Source: an uncultured virus (IMG/VR IMGVR_UViG_3300038428_000082) (Duplodnaviria; Heunggongvirae; Uroviricota; Caudoviricetes). Taken from it: DNA of 64,000 nucleotides. Under the pieces are notes generated by a model. It made no database searches. It was given only the letters and a program-made list of their open reading frames with translations, and was not told the origin of the DNA. Positions 39,925 through 50,330 of the stretch are shown piece by piece. The stretch lies in IMG/VR virus record IMGVR_UViG_3300038428_000082; one strand, given 5' to 3'. The position numbers were made by a program, and so were the translations under genes. Position 1 is the first letter of the stretch; every line of letters begins with the position of its first letter.

Positions 39925-40266
39925 ATGGCAGTTACCAAGCTTGATGTTTACAAAGAAGAGAAGCAGGTTGCGGAACCCGAGGTTCTAGCGGGTCAGCAAA
40001 ACACCCATCTGGCGTTTCCCAAGGCCGGTCCCGACATGGAGTCGGAGGTTCGTGACCGCATACTGACCGCCATCCGGGCAGCAAATTTTCTGGTGTTGGC
40101 ACAGCGGGTTCGAGCAGACCAAGACATCATCTATTCCGGCATTGCTGGTATAGCCGATGGAGCGGCGGCGGGAATCATCCGCATATTCAACTTTGAGCCG
40201 GGGTTCGTTAACCTGCGCAAGCCCCCCGTCAGCGATAATCTGCCGGGCAGAATCATCAACATCTAA
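39925..40266 (+). CDS. hypothetical protein
   Basis: ORF with RBS. Confidence 0.55.
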   Translation: MAVTKLDVYKEEKQVAEPEVLAGQQNTHLAFPKAGPDMESEVRDRILTAIRAANFLVLAQRVRADQDIIYSGIAGIADGAAAGIIRIFNFEPGFVNLRKPPVSDNLPGRIINI

Positions 40267-40832
40267 TGGGTAAACTGGCAGAATTCGGAAACATCCTGTA
40301 CTCCCCGCTGCGGTTTATGTTTGGCACCGTGCCGGACTACATTCTCAGCCGCCGTGTTCAGAATTGGCATACCTCCATGAAGGGCTGGAAGGGGGATGAA
40401 GTCCGGGTTATCGTAATGTGCGAATCCCGCCTCTGGCATTGGGCATTTGCCGACTGGCTGTGGGGTTGGCAACAGTGGCTCTGTCATTGGCTCGGTGAGG
40501 TTCCCCTACCCAAGTTTATCACCAACATTCAAGGAAGTTATGATGAGGACGACAAAGAGCACCCCTGCACCTTCGGAGAGTGGTTCGGAGATGATGTGGG
40601 GAGCCTCTGGCATCTGTACATCTGTGAGCCGGTCTTTCAGGCGATATGGAAACACTTCGTCGGTGAGCGGGTGGTAGATTTAGAGCTTACGCTAGAAGAA
40701 GCTCGCCAGAAGTTTGCTCATGACCCCAGTCAATATGAGTGGGTGGAAAAAGAGATTGCACGGCATGAGAAGTGGGATGCGGAAGAGCTTAGTCGGACCA
40801 CTGACCCGGCGTCAGTGCAACCGCAGCAGTAG
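40266..40832 (+). CDS. Trp-rich hypothetical protein
   Basis: TAATG coupling with the upstream gene. Confidence 0.55.
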   Translation: MGKLAEFGNILYSPLRFMFGTVPDYILSRRVQNWHTSMKGWKGDEVRVIVMCESRLWHWAFADWLWGWQQWLCHWLGEVPLPKFITNIQGSYDEDDKEHPCTFGEWFGDDVGSLWHLYICEPVFQAIWKHFVGERVVDLELTLEEARQKFAHDPSQYEWVEKEIARHEKWDAEELSRTTDPASVQPQQ

Positions 40833-40891
40833 AGCAGGGCGAGGGTGCCCCCGGAGGGCGTCGGCTTGTATCTCAACAGGAGGGTACCATC

Positions 40892-41368
40892 GTGTCTGAA
40901 ATCACTTTAGTAAGTAAGAATGACCAAATCAGTTTCGAGTATTTGAAGGGCATGACTGACCGTATGGAAATGGCGTTTTATTCCTACGGGGATTACAAGA
41001 ACAACTACCGGGGACGTTACAGCCGGGCATTCCTTAAAGACCTGAATGATACCATCGGGGCCTTGATGGGGCGGTGGAAAGACGATAAGGGCACTACAGC
41101 GAACGCCAACGCCATCCTCTCAGGATTCAAACGCCTGCTTCTTTATACAGCAGGGGGAGAAACCCGTGGAGGAATCGTCAAACCGGGAAACCGGGAGTAT
41201 GTGTTGGATTACGGTAACTTCGTCGGTATCGAGTATGCTTTCCCCCAAGTTCCCAAAGCATGGTTTGAGGCGGGGGACTCTTCTACTTCCCCCGGCTTAC
41301 ATGGAGAGGGAGAGGGGGAAGTAAGCGTAGCCGCCGATGCCCTGTACCGTGGAAAAAGTGGTGACTGA
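40892..41368 (+). CDS. hypothetical protein
   Basis: AGGAGG RBS, GTG start. Confidence 0.6.
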   Translation: MSEITLVSKNDQISFEYLKGMTDRMEMAFYSYGDYKNNYRGRYSRAFLKDLNDTIGALMGRWKDDKGTTANANAILSGFKRLLLYTAGGETRGGIVKPGNREYVLDYGNFVGIEYAFPQVPKAWFEAGDSSTSPGLHGEGEGEVSVAADALYRGKSGD

Positions 41369-41633
41369 CGGATTGGACAGAGGTTGATAGGGTGCAGGTC
41401 CCGAAGGAATATGGAGAGTTCTTCGGGCTTGCAACCTTACGCAGATACAACTACCTGCTGATTATCGCCCGGTTTGCCAAATGTGATGTGGTGGTGGGGC
41501 AACAGTACTTAGACGCTTGGAAAGACGTTGACGCCATCGAATACGCTATTGCTCACGCCAAACCGGAAAATTCTTCAGAATAGAGTAATAACCCTTATGA
41601 TTACCGTATCGGTCGATATCAGAGAAGCGGTGA

Positions 41634-42332
41634 TTAGGTGCTTGAATAAAGGAGACATTTTCTACGATGTCCCCCATAGGAAGAACGAGTCACTCCCGTA
41701 AATATCCGGCTACAATGGTCACAGGTAAAGTTATATGTTTTGGTAGCTAAGGTATGAGACATCTTGTTCCTTTGTTTTTCACCCCACCTATGCCCAAAGT
41801 TAGGATTGTTTTCTCCTTTAATGGTTTGGCTTAGGCTTATAGCTTGTCGTTTGTGGGCTTCTGGGGAGAGGGAATCCTTGCCCTTTTTTGCTTTAGATAT
41901 ATTTTGTCTATGCTCATAAGTTTTAGGTATACCCCTTAGACGCAAAGATTGTGCTAATTTTTCTTTTTCCGTGTATGGACGGTGTTTTTTACTTTTCATC
42001 TTAGCTATTGTTTCGGGGGTGTGGTGCCAACCTCGCCTTACATTCCCGGTTCCTTTTTCGCTCAAATTGTAGTTGAACATCCATGTCGCCTGAATCCAAT
42101 AGGTTTCTCGTTCCCTCATCCCTTGTTCTGGACATGGTTCGATTACCTCAAAAGAAAAGGCTTGTTCTCCATGCTTATTCCAAGAGTTTTGTAATTTTTG
42201 GTTTCCATGTGTATTATGTCTCAGTTGTTTAAGGTGAGTTCTCCATCGACAGGGGATGTTTTTAGAACTTCCAATGTAAAACACCCCCGTGACAGTATTA
42301 ACTATACGATAGATTCCACAACGAGTTGTCAT
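41634..42332 (-). CDS. GIY-YIG endonuclease with NUMOD3-like repeats, inserted antisense
   Basis: GIYRIVN..FYIGSS..RW..H; HHTPETIAKM. Confidence 0.85.
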   Translation of the reverse strand: MTTRCGIYRIVNTVTGVFYIGSSKNIPCRWRTHLKQLRHNTHGNQKLQNSWNKHGEQAFSFEVIEPCPEQGMRERETYWIQATWMFNYNLSEKGTGNVRRGWHHTPETIAKMKSKKHRPYTEKEKLAQSLRLRGIPKTYEHRQNISKAKKGKDSLSPEAHKRQAISLSQTIKGENNPNFGHRWGEKQRNKMSHTLATKTYNFTCDHCSRIFTGVTRSSYGGHRRKCLLYSST

Positions 42333-43339
42333 ATATGAGAATCGAAAAGTCGGAATATGTGAAAATCAATTTTGTTTGGTCAACAGATTGGCATCTTAGC
42401 GCCATTCCGCCCGGACAACGTGGCGATGACTATGAATCGGTCATTTTGGAGAAGCTTGATTTCATCCGGGACTTGACCGAAAAGGTTAAGGGTTTCGCAC
42501 TCTGTGGTGGGGATGTATTCCACGTGAAAAAGGCCCACCACCCTGCTAACAGTCTGTCTCTCCTTGTGCGGACGCTGCGGACATTGCGGAAGTTCCCCAT
42601 GGGCCGGGTGTATGGGGCGGTGGGCAATCACGACTTGGCATGGGGCGAGCGGATGGATTCGCTCTCGGGTCAGCCCCTCGGCCTTCTTATCGCTTCCGGG
42701 GCCTATGCGGACCTGACCGAAGAGTGCCTGATGGTGAGTTCGCAGTTTGCTTCCTTGAAGGTACAGGTACAGTCCTTTCCCTATGACCACGGTCAGGAGA
42801 CGCTGCATAGGATAAAGGCTTCCCACAGACATGGGGATGCCAACTACTTTGTGGGCATCGTTCATGCCTATGGTCAGCCGGGCGGACCCAGCGATTACTT
42901 TGGTGAACGGGTCATCGGCTACGACGAACTTGCTGGCTCAGACTTTGATTTTTTGCTTTGGGGTCATGACCACGGGCGGCAGGAAACCAAGAAGGTGGGT
43001 AACACCACCCATGTGCATTTGGGGAGTCTCGCACGAGCGGCATTAGACAGCGACCAAGCGGAGCGCCCCGTGTCTGTAGCCGTGCTGTCATTCTCCGAGC
43101 AGGGACCGAAGTACAAGGAAATCGCCCTGCCCGTAAAGCCATTGGCGGAGGCGTTCGTTACTGCCGACCGGGAAGTCCGTCATATCGACAAGTCGGAGGA
43201 AGTCAAACAGTTCTTGACGCAGATGGAAGTAGCCGTGGGTGGTGTGGAAACATCCGACCCCGGCGAGGTTCTCAGGGAGCTTTGCCCCAAGGAAGATATC
43301 CGGTTGCTAATGCTGGTAAAGGAGCTATGCGGCCTATGA
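42326..43339 (+). CDS. SbcD/Mre11-like metallophosphoesterase nuclease
   Basis: TDWH, GGDVFH, GNHD, VHA, WGHDH, LGS. Confidence 0.8.
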   Translation: MSYMRIEKSEYVKINFVWSTDWHLSAIPPGQRGDDYESVILEKLDFIRDLTEKVKGFALCGGDVFHVKKAHHPANSLSLLVRTLRTLRKFPMGRVYGAVGNHDLAWGERMDSLSGQPLGLLIASGAYADLTEECLMVSSQFASLKVQVQSFPYDHGQETLHRIKASHRHGDANYFVGIVHAYGQPGGPSDYFGERVIGYDELAGSDFDFLLWGHDHGRQETKKVGNTTHVHLGSLARAALDSDQAERPVSVAVLSFSEQGPKYKEIALPVKPLAEAFVTADREVRHIDKSEEVKQFLTQMEVAVGGVETSDPGEVLRELCPKEDIRLLMLVKELCGL

Positions 43340-43536
43340 AAATCAGCATCTACTCGTGGTTCGGTGAAGAAGACTTGGTGCTTCCCTACAAGCATAACGA
43401 GGTCATTGAAGTAGCCGAGGAACAACTGTGGAATATCGTCAAGGGTTTTTACATGAAGGGACTCTCGGTGATGGTCCGCAGCCTCAACAAGCTCACGCTG
43501 GTAGCGGTATCACGGGATACTTTCGGGCAAAGGTAG
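43336..43536 (+). CDS. hypothetical protein
   Basis: ATGA overlap with the upstream gene. Confidence 0.5.
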   Translation: MKISIYSWFGEEDLVLPYKHNEVIEVAEEQLWNIVKGFYMKGLSVMVRSLNKLTLVAVSRDTFGQR

Positions 43537-43547
43537 AAGGAGACTAT

Positions 43548-44036
43548 TTGATAAACATCTATCTATCGGGCGGCATTAAGGGGTTAACTGACGAGCAAGC
43601 TTACGGCTGGCGAAAGGCCGTCATTAAGCACTATCAACTTGCCACAGGGGGCTTTGGGCACAGCGGTATGGCCCCGGAGGAGCTTCAAGCCTCCAGCAAA
43701 TGCCTTCACTACGGAGTGAATATCATTGTCCCCAGCCGTATGCAATATCGAGATGATGTTGACCTCAAGTCCGCTTCTCTTTGGGTAATCAAACGGGATA
43801 AGATTTCCATTACTCAGTCGGATATCGTCCTCACTTACTGTCCTGTGCCAAGCTGGGGCACGGCAATGGAAATCATGTACGCTCACGAATTGGACAAGTG
43901 GATTGTTGTCATCTGCGATGATGACAATCCAAGTCCTTGGCTGGTCGCTCACGCTGATGTCATCGTGCCCGGCCTTGACCTTGCTTATGACGAAATAGAT
44001 AAGATAGCAAAGGATATGAGGAGCCAAATGCCATGA
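43548..44036 (+). CDS. nucleoside 2-deoxyribosyltransferase / nucleotide N-glycosidase-like protein
   Basis: IYLSGGI..DKISITQSDIVL..SWGTAMEIMYA; TTG start after AGGAG. Confidence 0.7.
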   Translation: MINIYLSGGIKGLTDEQAYGWRKAVIKHYQLATGGFGHSGMAPEELQASSKCLHYGVNIIVPSRMQYRDDVDLKSASLWVIKRDKISITQSDIVLTYCPVPSWGTAMEIMYAHELDKWIVVICDDDNPSPWLVAHADVIVPGLDLAYDEIDKIAKDMRSQMP

Positions 44037-44356
44037 ACAGCGAAAAAATCATGAAGGTAGTCTCCGCTGTCTTGATAATTCTCACTCTCTTGCTTGTCAT
44101 GGTGACGTACCAATACAGCGAGTACGCCGGGCAGTGCGAGCAGGCGGCTGAACACGCCGAGCTTATCTACCTCCGGGCGTGGAAGAATGCTCATCCTGAT
44201 ACCATTAAGGTGGAGACACAGGGCGAGTGCATACAGGATGCGTTTAAGATGCTGCGTCCATTCCTGATGCCGCCTTTTGGCAATGCGATGCCGCAGCTTC
44301 CCACTATCCCACCGCCCGAGGATGCGAGACCGAAGAAAGGTACGAACATAGCGTGA
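44033..44356 (+). CDS. membrane-anchored hypothetical protein
   Basis: N-terminal TM helix. Confidence 0.55.
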   Translation: MNSEKIMKVVSAVLIILTLLLVMVTYQYSEYAGQCEQAAEHAELIYLRAWKNAHPDTIKVETQGECIQDAFKMLRPFLMPPFGNAMPQLPTIPPPEDARPKKGTNIA

Positions 44357-44970
44357 TAATCCTTAACGGACAACCGAATCTATGGGTCACCGCCGACTGG
44401 CACTTGGGATACCGGTACTTTATCACCACCAAGAAGCGGCCCTTCTCCAGCGTGGAGGAAATGAACGAGGCGTACATCGCCAACCACAACGCTGTAGTTA
44501 AGAAGGGGGACCTTGTCTACGTTCTCGGGGACCTCTACCTCCAGATGAAACTGGAGCAGTGCGTGGAAATCCAGAAACGACTCAACGGCAACTTCTACGT
44601 CATACAGGGAAACCACGACGGTATTGCTGTTCAGATGATGAAGAAACACAACTCTTTTGTCTGGATACGCCAGCTTGAGGAAATCAAAATTGGTCAGCCA
44701 TGGTTTGATGACAAGAGCAAGAAGATGGTTACGCTCTGCCACTATGCCATGCGCACGTGGAGAAATTCTTGCTATAACAGCTATCATCTTTATGGGCATT
44801 CTCATGGAATGCTCCCTGATGAGCCGCACCTTCTCTCTATGGATGTAGGAGTTGATTGCAATAACTTCTACCCTGTTTCTATCGAACAAGTTATACAGAG
44901 AATGGAGTCCAAGATGCCTACTAGGTTGGAATACTTAGAGAGTTTAAAGAGTTCTGGACGGGTGGAATAG
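44353..44970 (+). CDS. calcineurin-like phosphoesterase
   Basis: ADWHLG, LGD, GNHD, LCHY, GHSH, DVGVD. Confidence 0.85.
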   Translation: MIILNGQPNLWVTADWHLGYRYFITTKKRPFSSVEEMNEAYIANHNAVVKKGDLVYVLGDLYLQMKLEQCVEIQKRLNGNFYVIQGNHDGIAVQMMKKHNSFVWIRQLEEIKIGQPWFDDKSKKMVTLCHYAMRTWRNSCYNSYHLYGHSHGMLPDEPHLLSMDVGVDCNNFYPVSIEQVIQRMESKMPTRLEYLESLKSSGRVE

Positions 44971-45634
44971 GCTTACCCGATTTCAACCGCCTCATTAGTT
45001 TAGGACGTGTTATGTTAAGGTCCTTGGCTGCAAGAGAAATAGACCCATAATTCTTTCCGTTTATCGTTATCGGTATTGACCTTGGGTGAAGGAATCCAGA
45101 CTTGAATGAGGTAACGGTTGGTTTTCCGTACAGATGGTGGTTTTTGCCACGGGCATACTTTCGGTTACCAATTTTCTTACAAGTTTCTTCAGTGTGGTGT
45201 TTCCCGTAGAACGGGTTGTTTTTGCCTGTTATACAAGGCCGTGGTCCACACAGGTGAGCACGATGCTCAAGAGATTTAGGAATTCCCTTGAGAACCTCGC
45301 TCATATGCTTACGGCGCTCAGCACTGAACGGTGCCCGTGATGTGGGACCACCATCACCACCGGGTGTTATGTTGTATCCATTTCCCCGTGTGTGGTTTTC
45401 AGCTATCAATGAGATTTCCAGCTCAATGGCTTCAGATTTGTCGGGGGTACGTACAATAGGCTCAATCCTAAAGGCATCTTTGCCATGTTTCCTTATGGCA
45501 TTAGCCAGTTTGGTGGTTGCCCCACGGTTTGTATACTTTATATGATTCCACCATCGTTCCTTCAAGGAAAGTTTTGTGTAGCCGATGTACAATTTTCCAT
45601 TCTCAAGGCAAGTGATTTTGTAAACGGTGAACAT
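44921..45634 (-). CDS. GIY-YIG endonuclease with NUMOD3/NUMOD1-like tail
   Basis: VYKITC..LYIGYT; GYNITPGG; FYGKHHTEET; YGSISLAAKDL. Confidence 0.85.
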   Translation of the reverse strand: MFTVYKITCLENGKLYIGYTKLSLKERWWNHIKYTNRGATTKLANAIRKHGKDAFRIEPIVRTPDKSEAIELEISLIAENHTRGNGYNITPGGDGGPTSRAPFSAERRKHMSEVLKGIPKSLEHRAHLCGPRPCITGKNNPFYGKHHTEETCKKIGNRKYARGKNHHLYGKPTVTSFKSGFLHPRSIPITINGKNYGSISLAAKDLNITRPKLMRRLKSGKPIPPVQNSLNSLSIPT

Positions 45635-45737
45635 AGCTCCCCCTACATAAGAAATAGAAAGTTAAGTTATTCGGTCATTGTCATTTGTTACTCTAGAAAG
45701 CTCAAAAATTTGAGTAATAAGAGGATGAGGAGGGCAG

Positions 45738-46418
45738 ATGAGCAAAGGGTACCGCACGTTCTTTTGTCAAGACAACTACACTCAGTATTTCATCGAAGCG
45801 CCGGGAGAGCCGGAGGCGTGGGAAGCGTTTAGCCAGTCTATTACGCCGGATTGGGAAGTCATCCCCATCATCAATGAGCATGGTGGAATGATAGAGGTGG
45901 GACCGGGGAGAAAATATGAGACCATCTCCAATATCCCTCAAGGCGACCGGAATATTCGTTCACACCTTAGATACCAGCCGCCGACTTATGTTCGATATCA
46001 GGAGGGTGGTGACCTTCATGGCAAGAACGTAGTTACTCTCCCTGAAAAACTGGACCCCACGCTCGCCGAACCCATGCCCACCGCCCCACCCAATGAAGAA
46101 GACGTGGGCCGGTATGTACAGCGGGTGATGACTGAGATGCACCTCAAGCGGGTCGCCGAGGACCATGAGGCTCGTATCGTGTGGGGGGAGAAAAAATACG
46201 GTCAGCGGCTTCGTCCCCATAACGGCAGGGATTGCCTCAAAGACCTTTATCAGGAAGCTCTGGACGGCTGCTCATATGGCGGGCAGGCCGTTCTGGAAGG
46301 TAGGGACGGAGGTTATTTCCTACGTCAGTTCGCCCGCCTCGCCGACGAAATCCGGGATGCCATCTACAAGTATCCCATGAAGGGTCAACATGGCGACAAT
46401 CACCCTTGCGCAAGCTGA
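45738..46418 (+). CDS. hypothetical protein, C-terminus possibly an all-alpha NTP pyrophosphatase
   Basis: GEKKYG..DLYQEALD..Y. Confidence 0.5.
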   Translation: MSKGYRTFFCQDNYTQYFIEAPGEPEAWEAFSQSITPDWEVIPIINEHGGMIEVGPGRKYETISNIPQGDRNIRSHLRYQPPTYVRYQEGGDLHGKNVVTLPEKLDPTLAEPMPTAPPNEEDVGRYVQRVMTEMHLKRVAEDHEARIVWGEKKYGQRLRPHNGRDCLKDLYQEALDGCSYGGQAVLEGRDGGYFLRQFARLADEIRDAIYKYPMKGQHGDNHPCAS

Positions 46419-46573
46419 GTTCATTCTCGGAGACTTGGGTCCCGCCAAGCGGCACCTTGTCCGGCTATTGCAGGACCCCAAGGATTGGGCTAATCCCAGC
46501 ACCTATCGGGAAATCCAGCAATCTATCCAGCGTATGGAGGCTAGTCTGTTGAAACACGTTCTGGAGATAAAAG

Positions 46574-47038
46574 ATGAGTAACAGTGCCCAGCAGATGTTC
46601 ATCGACAAGATTATGGAGATAGACAGGACCGGACGTGTCCTCACAACAAAGGAAAATACAGACCTCTTCTTCGAGATGGTCAAGTTGGCTTGCAATCCGG
46701 GGTGCCTGGTTATTCACGGGCATGAGTTCTGCATCAGAGAGAAGAGCAACGCCACGCAAGAGGATTGGCGCAAGGAAGAAGACGAGATGAACGCTCGTGA
46801 ATCTTTGGAGTCCATCGTGGATGAGAAAGACCATCCGTTCATGAAAGAAGCCAAGTTGGACACATGGCAGAAACGATTGATGTATTTCCTCAAGCCCGTC
46901 GCCCGGCATTTCAAGGTTGACGACGAATCCCTTCTACAAAGATACATGCGTCATAATCTCCCCACTCATGCCATGGAAGCGGGATTGAGTCCCCTTCCGT
47001 TCATTCAGATGGGGGAAGGAAAGGATAAAAATGGGTAA
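46574..47038 (+). CDS. hypothetical protein
   Basis: Coupled ORF. Confidence 0.55.
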   Translation: MSNSAQQMFIDKIMEIDRTGRVLTTKENTDLFFEMVKLACNPGCLVIHGHEFCIREKSNATQEDWRKEEDEMNARESLESIVDEKDHPFMKEAKLDTWQKRLMYFLKPVARHFKVDDESLLQRYMRHNLPTHAMEAGLSPLPFIQMGEGKDKNG

Positions 47039-47645
47039 CCAAGACGATTCCCTGCAAGTTTACGAGAACAGCAAACATTTGGGGTTTACCGACCAGTGCC
47101 CCGATTGTAAAGGGGAGGGGGAAGTCCCTCTCACCGATGAGGAGCGCTGCGGTTGTGAGCAGCCTTGCTCCTGCTACAATTACAAGACCTGTGAGTGCTG
47201 CGGCGGGGATGGGAAGGTTGAAGCCACTCTCCCCGGTAGAGCGGGACAAGCCGCTGCCCGGCAAGCGGAGCTTTTAGACCGCCCTCCTCAGATGTTAGTT
47301 GGTACTGACGGGAGAGGTAAGGAACCATTCATCGTAAATGGCCGCTTATCCGAAATTCAGAGCGTTGTTTACAAAAACGTAATTGGAACTTCCATACCGG
47401 TCATTATCCGCCCGGCACCGCCCATTTCCCGCTGGCTACAACGGAGGGAGAAGTTCTTCAAGGCTCTGGATTGGTTGAAGCTCAAGTGGTTCAACTTCAA
47501 GCTGTGTTTCCACCCGCAATGGGTTGATGACCCTCTCTATGACTTAATGAATGAGGATAGCATCATTCCTCCGGGAGAGCGGGAGCCGCTGTATGAGTTG
47601 GCACAAGAGGTGGTGGATGCTCCCGGTGGTGACCCCACGGAATGA
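47031..47645 (+). CDS. hypothetical protein with DnaJ-like CxxCxGxG motifs
   Basis: CPDCKGEG and CECCGGDG. Confidence 0.55.
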   Translation: MGNQDDSLQVYENSKHLGFTDQCPDCKGEGEVPLTDEERCGCEQPCSCYNYKTCECCGGDGKVEATLPGRAGQAAARQAELLDRPPQMLVGTDGRGKEPFIVNGRLSEIQSVVYKNVIGTSIPVIIRPAPPISRWLQRREKFFKALDWLKLKWFNFKLCFHPQWVDDPLYDLMNEDSIIPPGEREPLYELAQEVVDAPGGDPTE

Positions 47646-47684
47646 AAATCCGAACTATTGGATTAATTAGTGGGGGATACGGTA

Positions 47685-48422
47685 ATGAACAACGGAAAAT
47701 ACCATCGTGAGGATTTAACTGGACAACAATTTGGGTGGTGGACGGTGGGGGAACGTCAACCCGTAGGTTCAAGTCACTCGGGAGTAGTTTATAAATGCAG
47801 GTGCAAATGTGGCACTGAAAAGCTGGTGTCCGCTAGTGTCCTCCATCAAGGGGTATCTACAAGCTGCGGATGCAGGCGAAAGCAGCGTATGGATTTGACT
47901 AGTAAACGTTTCGGAAAATTAGTTGTGGTAGAAAGAACCAAGGCACCCCCACATTATAAAAGCAAAAATGCACAATATTGGTTATGCCGATGTGATTGTG
48001 GAAACACCTTGATTGCTACAACAGGGAATCTCAATTTTTATCCCCGTAGTCAATCAGGGGGGTGTAAGGCTTGTTCACCAAGACGAAACAAATATAGGTT
48101 GGAAAAACATAAGTCTACCCCGGAATTCAGGCTGTGGGAAAAAGCTAAGAGCCGTGCCAAAAAGCGGGGGATTTTATTCAACATTTCTCCAGATGACATC
48201 ATCATTCCAGAGGTTTGCCCCCTCTTGGATATAAAACTTACCCATAAAAAACATGGTTGGGATGGAAATACTCCCTCGTTAGATAGGAAAAACCCCTCAT
48301 CCGGGTATGTTAAAAGTAATGTTTGGGTGGTGAGTTTTAGAGCTAACTTGTTAAAAAATAACGCCAGCCGGAAAGAGCTTGAAAGGCTTATAGAAAGGAT
48401 GAAAGCCCATGGAATCGACTGA
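47685..48422 (+). CDS. HNH-like endonuclease with Cys-rich repeats
   Basis: DLTGQQFG..CRCKCG..SCGC; SLDRKNPSSGYVKSNVWV. Confidence 0.8.
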   Translation: MNNGKYHREDLTGQQFGWWTVGERQPVGSSHSGVVYKCRCKCGTEKLVSASVLHQGVSTSCGCRRKQRMDLTSKRFGKLVVVERTKAPPHYKSKNAQYWLCRCDCGNTLIATTGNLNFYPRSQSGGCKACSPRRNKYRLEKHKSTPEFRLWEKAKSRAKKRGILFNISPDDIIIPEVCPLLDIKLTHKKHGWDGNTPSLDRKNPSSGYVKSNVWVVSFRANLLKNNASRKELERLIERMKAHGID

Positions 48423-49380
48423 AATTTATGACCGAGTAGCGGTAAGTTTTTCAGAGAAGGTTAATGAGGTATTTGAGTCTGAACAAACCCTCAAGGATTG
48501 GTTTTTAAAACACTTTTCTAACCTTACCTTTGACCGAACAAATAACTGGGGTGGTCTTATTTACCTGCTTTTTAGAGATTCTTGGCTGGAGGCCGGGCCA
48601 GAAGTTAAGGCGGAGCCGACCGGCTATGACCGGAGTGTAGTTCTCAAGAAGCTCACAACCCTGCTGGACTACAACCTCTTCACACAGGTGATGCTCAACC
48701 TGCAATCGTATGTTGGCATGGCATACCAAGCTTTGAGCGCCGAACAGGACCTCAAGACCATGGAAGAGTGGTGGAAGAACAACAAGCGTAGCCCCTTCAT
48801 GCCGGGGTCGAAAATGGTGAAGCTTTCCGCCAACATGACGACGGAGGATGAGAAGTTCAATCAGGACCTCAGCACCATCCGGTCATTGAAAATCATCGCC
48901 AACTTTACCCCCAACCTTTCATGGCGGGTCAGCCCCAAGGGCAGCACCCCGGCGCTGGTGGACAGCAATAATGTCAGCAGCCTTGGTATCGGGGCGGACA
49001 GGTATCTTAAGGTGATGCCCGGCCTGCGGGCCTCTTATGTCTTTTGGGGGCCGGGGAGCGGGCCGACCATGGCAACTATTCCCCCGGCGTCTTCTGACCA
49101 CATCACTTTCCAAGCGGAAGGTATTCCCTATGTGTTCCGTTCCAAGTCGGGCGGAGAAATCCTCAATCAAGTTCTGTTCTCCCGCCGTATGGCCTACAAC
49201 ATTTTCTGTGCTCACGATGTGGCAAACGAGACGTGCATCATCGTCCCGAGAATGAGTTCCATCCTCGTGGTGCATGACGACAACAGTTACAACTTACGCC
49301 ATGCTATCGAGCCTTATTTGGATGGTGGTGTGATTCAGTTGGCAGAGGGGTCAAGAAGTGACCCCGCTTCAAAGGAGTAG
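48409..49380 (+). CDS. hypothetical protein
   Basis: 323-aa ORF. Confidence 0.65.
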   Translation: MESTEIYDRVAVSFSEKVNEVFESEQTLKDWFLKHFSNLTFDRTNNWGGLIYLLFRDSWLEAGPEVKAEPTGYDRSVVLKKLTTLLDYNLFTQVMLNLQSYVGMAYQALSAEQDLKTMEEWWKNNKRSPFMPGSKMVKLSANMTTEDEKFNQDLSTIRSLKIIANFTPNLSWRVSPKGSTPALVDSNNVSSLGIGADRYLKVMPGLRASYVFWGPGSGPTMATIPPASSDHITFQAEGIPYVFRSKSGGEILNQVLFSRRMAYNIFCAHDVANETCIIVPRMSSILVVHDDNSYNLRHAIEPYLDGGVIQLAEGSRSDPASKE

Positions 49381-49629
49381 CCTGTGCCTGTAGCCAAGAA
49401 CAGAAAGTGCGGGCTTTTTATTAAGGGAAAAATCTGTGGCAAGCCCGCCTATAACATAGAGGGAAACTGGTTTCCTCTACAGGGTTGGGGACAACTCTGG
49501 TTCTACTGCGATGAGCATTGGGCTGTCCGTAACAAACTACGACGTATCCTCGGTCAAGGGTACGCCCATGCCGTCGCCGTCTTGAACTACTGCTCCCTCG
49601 GGAGCGGCTACAATCGCCAGGGTGGTCTC

Positions 49630-49995
49630 CTAGCTCTGCTCTTTGTAAGCAGTGGCCTTTACGTTGATGAGCGGCTGGGTTGCAACCGCCGATGATTTGG
49701 TGGTCTTGCTGTGGGTGTGTTCCACACCCATTTGACAATACTGACAATCCGGGAATTTTTCCACCCTCTTTATTTCCGGCTTGATTTCCACGAACACCGG
49801 GCACTCATAGACCGGCGTGGTCATGCCATGCTTGACACAGTATTCATAAAGCTCCTGCTCCTTGGGGCAGTTTTCCGGGGTCCCCGGCTTGAAGGAGGCG
49901 CACTTGAAGCACAGACAGTTGCCCCGGTGCGTTCCCTTGAGCCGGTCTTCCACAAACACCTTTACTCCGTGATGCTCGTACTGAACGATTGCCAT
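49630..49995 (-). CDS. Cys-rich hypothetical protein
   Basis: CLCFKC..C..C..C. Confidence 0.55.
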   Translation of the reverse strand: MAIVQYEHHGVKVFVEDRLKGTHRGNCLCFKCASFKPGTPENCPKEQELYEYCVKHGMTTPVYECPVFVEIKPEIKRVEKFPDCQYCQMGVEHTHSKTTKSSAVATQPLINVKATAYKEQS

Positions 49996-50063
49996 TATTT
50001 TCTCGCTTTCTTTGCTTTCTTCTCGGCGGTCCGCAGCTTCTTAATGCCGACTTCCTCAATTTT

Positions 50064-50330
50064 CTATCCAGCGGCAATGCAGGCATCGACCTTCTTCTTG
50101 ATTTGCTCTTCCGGTCCCCACCAGCATTCGCCGCCCCACACGGTGTTTCCATTGTCTAGCTTGATGCGGGGGTTGGTGACTTCGGCCTCGTGGCACATCT
50201 GAGCAAAACCCCCGGCCCCGGCTGGGGGAACGAAGTCTCCCTCGTACACGCCGTACCCGAAAAATTTCAGGATTTTGGTCTTTTCATCACCACTGCAAAT
50301 TGCTCCTACCCGTATACCTACTTCCCTCAT
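50064..50330 (-). CDS. hypothetical protein
   Basis: NPRIKLDNG..WGGECWW; GAGGAGG RBS. Confidence 0.6.
   Translation of the reverse strand: MREVGIRVGAICSGDEKTKILKFFGYGVYEGDFVPPAGAGGFAQMCHEAEVTNPRIKLDNGNTVWGGECWWGPEEQIKKKVDACIAAG

Noticed and set aside
41598..41702. N-terminal exon of the SbcD-like gene split by an intron-borne GIY-YIG
   Set aside because: 42326..43339 already holds all the phosphoesterase motifs, the endonuclease is antisense, and no intron core is visible.
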